45,808 bases of DNA, taken from the IMG/VR virus record IMGVR_UViG_3300040801_001654, positions 1 to 45,808 of that record; one strand, given 5' to 3'. A model generated the notes under the pieces. It had not been told where the DNA came from, searched no databases, and saw nothing but the letters and a program-made list of their open reading frames with translations. This document shows, in pieces, positions 39,475-45,808 of the stretch. Both the position numbers and the translations under genes were made by a program. The DNA comes from a virus. Within the stretch, counting starts at the first letter, position 1, and every line of letters starts with the position of its first letter.

Positions 39475-40511
39475 TGGTATCTGGAATATACGACAGTAAA
39501 GGAAAGCCGATTAAGACGACTTTTCCTACAATAGAAAATAGAATGTATGATACCGTTATAGGTTCTTTAGATGTGGCTTCAAAAGCAGGTGCCCCTGCTA
39601 CAGGTGGAAAGGGAGTACTCGAGAACAGGGTAGGGCAGAGTACTTTTATAGGAACGATTAGTGTAAAGGATAACGGGGGCACTGAAAAGGTTCGCATGGG
39701 TAAAATAGGCGTAGGGGAGTGGGGCTTAACGGTGTATGATGGTAACCTTATTGGTGGAACTATAGAGATAGGAGATGGGGACGATTCGTTCTTTGCAGAT
39801 GAAACAGGTATATGGGCAGGGGATGAGGATTTTGATGATGCACCATTTAGTGTTGATATGCAGGGTAACCTAATAGCCACTAGTGGAACTATAGGGGACT
39901 TTACCATAGAAAGTGATAGGTTGTATGGAGGAACTTTGTCAACTGCAAGGACTGTGTCGGCAGGTAGTACTGGTGTTATAATGGATACGGCAGGGCTAAG
40001 GGGTTATGACTCTGTATTGGGAAAGACCTTTGATTTGCCAACAGATGGCAGTGCGCCAGAGTTTAGTAGTGGTATAATTAAAGAGACTATATTTGAATTA
40101 CAAACGAGTTCAATTATTAGGACGTCAGAAACTGTAGGGGATGGTACCTCAGACAGTGATGGTGTGTTAATGAATGACACTGGTATATACGCCTGTACTA
40201 CTAACCAGAGCCTAGCCAATGCTAACGTAAAAATACTAGCATCAGGTGAGGCTACGTTTAGTGGTAGTGTCAAGGGTGGTATGACAGACTTTATGACTGG
40301 CACGGGGTATTTCTTAGGAGAGAGTGGCGGTGTATATAAATTCAGTATTGGTGACCCTAGTGGTAATCACCTATCTTGGGATGATGAGTACTTAAGGGTA
40401 AAGGGTAATATAGAGCTTACGTCACCACTAACTAACATAGGTTATGCGTTCGCCAGTTTACCAATACCACCAACAACGGTAGGGTTTAATAGTCCAAGTA
40501 GTAATAGTTAA
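39474..40511 (+). CDS. Tail fibre-like protein
   Basis: 345 aa, Gly/Thr/Ser-rich. ATG overlaps the upstream stop (TAATG). Confidence 0.55.
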   Translation: MVSGIYDSKGKPIKTTFPTIENRMYDTVIGSLDVASKAGAPATGGKGVLENRVGQSTFIGTISVKDNGGTEKVRMGKIGVGEWGLTVYDGNLIGGTIEIGDGDDSFFADETGIWAGDEDFDDAPFSVDMQGNLIATSGTIGDFTIESDRLYGGTLSTARTVSAGSTGVIMDTAGLRGYDSVLGKTFDLPTDGSAPEFSSGIIKETIFELQTSSIIRTSETVGDGTSDSDGVLMNDTGIYACTTNQSLANANVKILASGEATFSGSVKGGMTDFMTGTGYFLGESGGVYKFSIGDPSGNHLSWDDEYLRVKGNIELTSPLTNIGYAFASLPIPPTTVGFNSPSSNS

Positions 40512-40527
40512 TATTTAATAAGAGAAG

Positions 40528-42669
40528 ATGGCAAATTTAATATACAGTTATACAAGTTATACAGCAGACCTTTACTTCTATGGGTCTTCGGTTAAATCTG
40601 CACAGTCCTTTACTGTACCTTCTGGGTATACGAGGATTGCTTATGTACAGTTATACCAGAAAAGAGTTGGTTCTCCAGGGTATACGGAAAGGGTGGGTAT
40701 TCACAGTAATTCTGGTGGGAGACCTGGTACAGAGCTTATAGGAATTAATGTGAGTACTAATAGTTTAAGTACCTCACTCACTTGGAATACTTATAACTTC
40801 TCGGACTGTACCGTAACTCCAGGTGGTACATATCACGTTAATGCGGGACCGTTTGGTCCAAGTTCAAGTAATATTATTGAATGTAGTTATGGTACCACAG
40901 GTAGTGGCTTATCTCTTTACTACTACGATAGTGGTTCTTATTCTTGGCATACTAATTATGGTTCTTATGATAATATGCTTGTTAAGGTATACGGCTATGG
41001 GCCCCCAGCAAGTTTAGGTGCTACTACTACTAGCAGTGTTGGAGAGACAAGCTTCTATGCCTCCTCAAGTGTGGGGAATGATATGGGTGCGAGTGTGTCA
41101 GAAAGAGGTTTCTGTTATTCTACGAGTGATACAACCCCTGACACAGGAGACTCTAAAAAGGTTGTAGGTTCTGGAACAGGTAGTTTTGGGTCCACAATTA
41201 CGGGTCTTTCTGCAGGTGTAACTTATTATATTAGAAGTTATGCCATTAACGCAGCGGGTACAACTTACGGTGCTGTTAAAACACAGACTACGGATACTAA
41301 TCCACCCAGTGTAACAACTGGTTCAGTTAGTAATTTAGACAAGTTCTCTGCTACAGTATCAGGTGAGGTAACCAGTGCACACGGAGCAACAGTAACTACT
41401 AGGGGTATATGTTATAACACGAGTGGTACACCTACCACCTCAAGTTCTAAGGTTTCCAGCGGTAGTGGTGTAGGTTCTTATTCTTGTAATCTTACAAGCC
41501 TAAGCGCGAACACTACTTACTACGCAAGGGCATATGCTACCAACAGTCAGGGTACTAGTTATGGTGGACAGATTTCTTTTACCACACTAAAGGCTGCCCC
41601 AACAGTAACAACCTCTTCAGTAACCAACCTCCTTGATGTGACGGCCACACTTGGTGGTAATGTTACAGATACAGGGGGGAGTACTGTTACAGAAAGGGGT
41701 GTGGTTTATGCTACTTCGTCAAACCCCACCACGTCTGATAATAAACTTGATACTACGGGTACAACAGGTTCTTACACGGTTAATGCTACAGGTTTAACGC
41801 CTGCTACTACCTACCACTGTAGGGCCTATGCTATTAATGCTTATGGTACTGCATACGGTAGTGACGTAGAGTTTACTTCAGAGCCAACAGAACCAAGTTC
41901 ACTAGATATTGAGATAACAGGTAAGACCACCTCAACACTTACATGGACAAAAGGAACAGGTGCAGACACAACGGTTGTTAGGAGAGCTACTGGCTCTTAC
42001 CCAACAGGACCCACAAATGGAACAGGGGTATACAGTGGTTCGGGTGTCACAACCAATGATACAGGACTCACCGCAGGGACAACCTACTACTATAGGATTT
42101 GGTCTTTAGACGGTGCCAGTAATTACAGTACTGATTACGATTCGGCTACAGACACTACGGACTACGCCTTTACTAACCCAACAAATGCATACAGTGATAA
42201 CAGCACCTATACTACAGCACCAGCTAATGACGATAGTATATATATAAAGCTTAGCAAGGATGGTGGAACTACCTGGCATAATGAAATAGAGGCAACCCTG
42301 CCAGCAGCTAACGGAGAGGTTACCTTTGGGGACGAAGATGAGGAGTTGTGGGGGTATACGTGGACAGGAGACGATGTGGATGATACAAGCTTTGCTATGA
42401 TGGTAACGGTAGGTTCAGATAAAACGTCCTACCATATTCTAGAGGATTTTGGGTTCTCAATTACAAGTACGTACATTCTTACGGGAATAGAGGTGGTGGT
42501 TAAGGGGTATTTTGACACGGACACTGCTTATATAGACCACGTTAAAATGAAAATACATTATGGTACTAGTGTCCTTCCAATAGTAGCAGGGACACAGGCG
42601 TATGACAGCACTAATAATACTATGGTATTCTATGACGGAACGCAGTGGCAGAAGGTGGCAACGGTATAA
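40528..42669 (+). CDS. Receptor-binding-type tail protein (three Ig-like repeats plus an FN3-like domain)
   Basis: 713 aa with three ~97-aa repeats carrying the pattern V.ERG..Y.TS..P......K......G.GS....L.GL.....YY.R.YA.N..GT.YG. A TWT...YYYRIW FN3-like unit follows. Confidence 0.65.
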   Translation: MANLIYSYTSYTADLYFYGSSVKSAQSFTVPSGYTRIAYVQLYQKRVGSPGYTERVGIHSNSGGRPGTELIGINVSTNSLSTSLTWNTYNFSDCTVTPGGTYHVNAGPFGPSSSNIIECSYGTTGSGLSLYYYDSGSYSWHTNYGSYDNMLVKVYGYGPPASLGATTTSSVGETSFYASSSVGNDMGASVSERGFCYSTSDTTPDTGDSKKVVGSGTGSFGSTITGLSAGVTYYIRSYAINAAGTTYGAVKTQTTDTNPPSVTTGSVSNLDKFSATVSGEVTSAHGATVTTRGICYNTSGTPTTSSSKVSSGSGVGSYSCNLTSLSANTTYYARAYATNSQGTSYGGQISFTTLKAAPTVTTSSVTNLLDVTATLGGNVTDTGGSTVTERGVVYATSSNPTTSDNKLDTTGTTGSYTVNATGLTPATTYHCRAYAINAYGTAYGSDVEFTSEPTEPSSLDIEITGKTTSTLTWTKGTGADTTVVRRATGSYPTGPTNGTGVYSGSGVTTNDTGLTAGTTYYYRIWSLDGASNYSTDYDSATDTTDYAFTNPTNAYSDNSTYTTAPANDDSIYIKLSKDGGTTWHNEIEATLPAANGEVTFGDEDEELWGYTWTGDDVDDTSFAMMVTVGSDKTSYHILEDFGFSITSTYILTGIEVVVKGYFDTDTAYIDHVKMKIHYGTSVLPIVAGTQAYDSTNNTMVFYDGTQWQKVATV
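41008..41880 (+). repeat. Three tandem ~97-aa domain repeats within the tail protein
   Basis: Aligned by eye: ...ERGFCYSTSDTTP..TYYIRSYAINAAGTTYG / ...TRGICYNTSGTPT..TYYARAYATNSQGTSYG / ...ERGVVYATSSNPT..TYHCRAYAINAYGTAYG. Confidence 0.8.
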
Positions 42670-42674
42670 GAGAC

Positions 42675-42703
42675 TTGACAAAAAGCTCGAAATGTAGTAA
42701 TAT
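42675..42703 (+). promoter_or_regulatory. Promoter TTGACA-N17-TAATAT
   Basis: TTGACA 42675-42680 and TAATAT 42698-42703. Confidence 0.45.
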
Positions 42704-42728
42704 ATAAAATAAGCTAGTTTAAGATAAA

Positions 42729-43475
42729 ATGACACTCAGTGAAATCAGAAATGATGTTGGTTCTAAGATAAACCAATATAGCGATGAGACGGATACCTTT
42801 GTTGAGGGGTTTATAACAGAGACAGAGTTAGATAGGTGGATTAACCAAACCTTTGAAGAACTCTATATGTGGTATGCCTTAGCAAATAAGGGTAGATTCT
42901 CTACCAAGGCTACTGTTGATACAGTGGAAGACCAGGGAGTATATACTTTTGGTGGTGATGCTACCGACCTACTTGCCGTAGAAAGCGTGGGCATAAAGTA
43001 TTCTTCAGACGATGATTACTATAAGACCGCTTACCCTAACACTCCAAAAAGATTTTACTTAGAGGGAGGAGAAGAGGCAGCAGAAGGTGCCCCTATGTAC
43101 TTTGAAAGACAGATATACGACAGTGTAAATGAGGAGTATGTATTAGCAATAGAGTTTCCAGAGGACTGTATACCAGACACAGCCGTTACAGACGGACTTC
43201 AAATGTGGTATATTGAGAGACCACCAGAGCTATCAGGAGACACAGACGAACCACAAAAGTTACCTAAAGAACTACACAAATACATAGTAATAGGAGCTTC
43301 AATACCAGCCCTGGAAAAGATGGGTGAGTATGACCAGGCTGCTTATTTAGAGGGAAAGTTTAACACCAAGGTTAAATCGTTCTTTATACAGGACCAGACT
43401 AAAACAGCTAAGGGGGTTAAAGTTGTTAAACCAACAAGGGAAAGCATTAATAAGTTTTATAAGAGAATACGATAA
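42729..43475 (+). CDS. Virion-module protein
   Basis: 248-aa ORF. Confidence 0.6.
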   Translation: MTLSEIRNDVGSKINQYSDETDTFVEGFITETELDRWINQTFEELYMWYALANKGRFSTKATVDTVEDQGVYTFGGDATDLLAVESVGIKYSSDDDYYKTAYPNTPKRFYLEGGEEAAEGAPMYFERQIYDSVNEEYVLAIEFPEDCIPDTAVTDGLQMWYIERPPELSGDTDEPQKLPKELHKYIVIGASIPALEKMGEYDQAAYLEGKFNTKVKSFFIQDQTKTAKGVKVVKPTRESINKFYKRIR

Positions 43476-44245
43476 TGGCAACTTATATAGTAAGAGGAGG
43501 AGATTCTTTAAGTAAAATAGCCAAGAAGCTAGGAATTAAGGGCGGATGGCCAGCACTTTATGAACAGAATAGAAAGGTAATAGGTAGTAACCCTAATTAT
43601 ATTAGACCAGGGTGGAAACTTAGTTACAACAGCCCATCCTCAGGGGGTACAACGACTTCTTCAGCGAGTTCAACAACAACTACCACAACAACCAAAGACT
43701 TGCCATCAACAGAGACAGGAAAGACAACTGCAGCTGCGGTAAAGGGAGGAGATAAAGAGTCCTTTTACAAGAAGTATGGAACACTAGAGGAGTTAACTCC
43801 AACGGCTATGTTCCAAGCATTTGGTGAGGAGAGAATAAACCCTGACCAATTGAGACAAGCGGTGTCTGGGGTAATAGATTATGACAGGAGCTTCGCAGCA
43901 GGCGGTGGTTATATGTCGGGGAGGATGCAGGCTGACAGACAGGCCTATATAAACAGTTTAGAGAGGGCTAGAAAGACAGCAGTGGACCAGTATGTACAAC
44001 AACAGAAGAAACAATACGCCGACTGGTATGGACAGCAGTTAAAGAACTATACTACAGCCAAGAACCCTACTGATTTCCAATTAGATGCATACGGAATAGA
44101 ATTACCAAGCACCTATAATCAGGAAACTTATAAACCAGAGACACAGTACAGCTACACATCACCGTTTCAGATGACAGATTTATTTAAATATGGCGGGTAT
44201 TCGGCACCTTCAGCAATGTATGGAATGCCAACGCCTATTAGTTAA
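43475..44245 (+). CDS. LysM-domain virion protein
   Basis: YIVRGGDSLSKIAKKLGI...LYEQNRKVIGSNPNYIRPGWKL is a LysM domain, followed by a Ser/Thr linker. Confidence 0.7.
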   Translation: MATYIVRGGDSLSKIAKKLGIKGGWPALYEQNRKVIGSNPNYIRPGWKLSYNSPSSGGTTTSSASSTTTTTTTKDLPSTETGKTTAAAVKGGDKESFYKKYGTLEELTPTAMFQAFGEERINPDQLRQAVSGVIDYDRSFAAGGGYMSGRMQADRQAYINSLERARKTAVDQYVQQQKKQYADWYGQQLKNYTTAKNPTDFQLDAYGIELPSTYNQETYKPETQYSYTSPFQMTDLFKYGGYSAPSAMYGMPTPIS

Positions 44246-44264
44246 TTTTTGATTTAATATTATT

Positions 44265-44984
44265 ATGAGTCCAGAAGAGCAGCTTCGCATATACGAGCAG
44301 GACACAAACGCTGAGGAGAACATTAGGAAAGCTATCACTGATGCTTATGGTGGTCTTGAATCAGAAATAGACCAGGTTCGTATGTATGAGAACGAACAAT
44401 TGCCAGGTTTTTATAATGCGTTTAGTGGATATGGAGGAGGAACTGGTGCAACAGACCTATCTCCAACAGCGTTATTACAGAGAGCTACAGGAGATGTAGC
44501 AAACCTAAGCACCACTGCACAGGTGGCGAGGGACGCTTTTGATATAAGGCGAGCAGGTATGGAAGACCTTATAGGTAGTGCATACAGACAGTGGCAACAA
44601 GGCTACGCAGGAGCACAGAGTGCTTATGATAGATGGTGGGCACAGCAACAGGCAGAGGAAGAGAAGAGAAGGTGGGAAGAACAGATGGCGTTAGAGAGAG
44701 CTAGACTAGCTAGAATGGGGAGTGGTGGAACACCAGGTATAGTTATACCAGACAACACCCCAGAAACACTTAGTGAGCAAGCCATAATGGATGCTTATAG
44801 AAAGTGGAATGAGGAAGTTTGGAATAAGGGTGCTAACGAGGCGCGGGATAGGCAGAATAGTAGTGCTAGTACGGGAGCATACTCTAGCCCAATACCTTTA
44901 TCAGGATATTCTAATTCAGCAACACCAGCGAGTACCCCATCAACAGGGTTTAATAAATATGTAAATAATTTTAGAGGATTGTAA
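44265..44984 (+). CDS. Virion-module protein (coiled/charged)
   Basis: 239-aa ORF. Confidence 0.55.
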   Translation: MSPEEQLRIYEQDTNAEENIRKAITDAYGGLESEIDQVRMYENEQLPGFYNAFSGYGGGTGATDLSPTALLQRATGDVANLSTTAQVARDAFDIRRAGMEDLIGSAYRQWQQGYAGAQSAYDRWWAQQQAEEEKRRWEEQMALERARLARMGSGGTPGIVIPDNTPETLSEQAIMDAYRKWNEEVWNKGANEARDRQNSSASTGAYSSPIPLSGYSNSATPASTPSTGFNKYVNNFRGL

Positions 44985-44985
44985 A

Positions 44986-45654
44986 ATGGCATTATCACCA
45001 CAAATACAACAATGGGCACAGACAGCAGAGGCACAGCCTTACCTAGCCCAAACAGTTCCTCAGTATTCAGGAATGGGAGGTTCAGGAATGGGAGGATACG
45101 GGGGTGGAATGGGAGGTAGTGATTATGGTTCCTATCTAAGAGAACTTATAAACACCAACCAAGCAAACCCACAGTTTCAACAGCAAATGTTGGGACAATA
45201 CTTAGATTACCAGAACCCAGCAAATCAACAGCAACTTGGGTACACGCAGAACCAGATGGAGCTAGGACAGAATGAGCTACTTTCATCAGTAGCCTTAAGC
45301 CTTATGAGTTCAGAAGACCCTGGTGCACAACAAAGGGGTTTGGCAATTTTAGACAGTATCTTTAGGGGCCAAGTGCCAGGATACAACGAGGCAGCTTCCC
45401 CAACAATAGACCAGTATGGTTACTATGATATGGTAAGACAGAACGCTTTGAACACATTACAGGAAATGGGTCAAACTGGGGCAGTAGACAGAGATATGCT
45501 TGAGTGGTACAACTTCTTAGCAAACGCTTCGGACGAGCAGATAGATTACTATGACCAACTCGAGGGTTCGGGTAAGGAAATCTTTAGAGTTAAGAATATC
45601 TTTAACCCTGATAAGTGGAGAAGGAATGAGACCCTAGGTTATTTTAATCAATAG
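44986..45654 (+). CDS. Gln- and Gly/Met-rich virion protein
   Basis: 222 aa. Contains GMGGSGMGGYGGGMGG and many Q-rich stretches. Confidence 0.55.
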   Translation: MALSPQIQQWAQTAEAQPYLAQTVPQYSGMGGSGMGGYGGGMGGSDYGSYLRELINTNQANPQFQQQMLGQYLDYQNPANQQQLGYTQNQMELGQNELLSSVALSLMSSEDPGAQQRGLAILDSIFRGQVPGYNEAASPTIDQYGYYDMVRQNALNTLQEMGQTGAVDRDMLEWYNFLANASDEQIDYYDQLEGSGKEIFRVKNIFNPDKWRRNETLGYFNQ

Positions 45655-45663
45655 GACTAGGAT

Positions 45664-45808
45664 ATGAGAATAGTAGATTTATCACGTAGCTCCACAAACG
45701 ACGAGCTATTAGAAAAGTTATTACTTCAGTATGGTAAGCAAAGCCAGCCCAAGGTTGGTGTGTTTAACCGCATATTAGCCCCCTTAACAGGGGTAGGTTC
45801 TGCTATAG
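45664..45808 (+). CDS. 5' end (48 codons) of the large protein, which continues at 1..3434
   Basis: ATG 45664 is in frame with the ORF at 69 through the terminal repeat, with no stop between them. Confidence 0.7.
   Translation, partial: MRIVDLSRSSTNDELLEKLLLQYGKQSQPKVGVFNRILAPLTGVGSAI
45692..45808. repeat. Second copy of the 117-bp terminal repeat
   Basis: Identical to 1..117. Confidence 0.95.

Overview
The window is a complete dsDNA phage genome of about 45.7 kb, given as a linearised circle. Bases 1-117 are identical to 45692-45808, so the unique length is 45,691 bp. The 1121-aa ORF at 69..3434 therefore really begins at ATG 45664, across the junction. The genome has two arms. The rightward (+) late arm runs 24989 -> 45808/1 -> 7893. 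It carries small and large terminase, portal, scaffold and major capsid genes and about 12 virion/tail genes. These include a fibre with about 32 tandem 12-14-aa repeats, a receptor-binding-type protein with three Ig-like repeats plus an FN3-like domain, a LysM protein and a very large internal-type protein. The arm ends with a lysis cluster (M23 endolysin), a metallophosphoesterase and an HNH endonuclease. The leftward (-) early/middle arm runs 24783 -> 8084. It carries a replication initiator with internal iterons, a DnaB-type helicase, a DnaQ-like exonuclease, a PD-(D/E)XK nuclease, an SSB-like protein, RusA, HNH genes and many small early ORFs. I saw no DNA or RNA polymerase, integrase, CRISPR array or rRNA. 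About 15 near-consensus sigma70-type promoters (TTGACA-N17/18-TATAAT) can be read directly. Four things stand out. (i) A promoter-to-terminator operon (17999 -> 13044, minus strand) encodes two zinc-ribbon-fused GS-like amidoligase paralogues, an Ntn class-II glutamine amidotransferase and an ATP-grasp ligase, with no known substrate. (ii) A GC-rich, highly structured noncoding segment of about 370 nt (21629-21994, minus) ends in a 73-nt tRNA-like domain with a perfect acceptor stem (G3:U70) and T-arm. (iii) The palindrome CTATAG is enriched about 30-fold in the early promoter region and recurs inside promoters elsewhere. (iv) Two cases of about 100-nt out-of-frame overlap lie upstream of HNH genes. 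All functional calls come from motif recognition by eye; no database or folding program was run.
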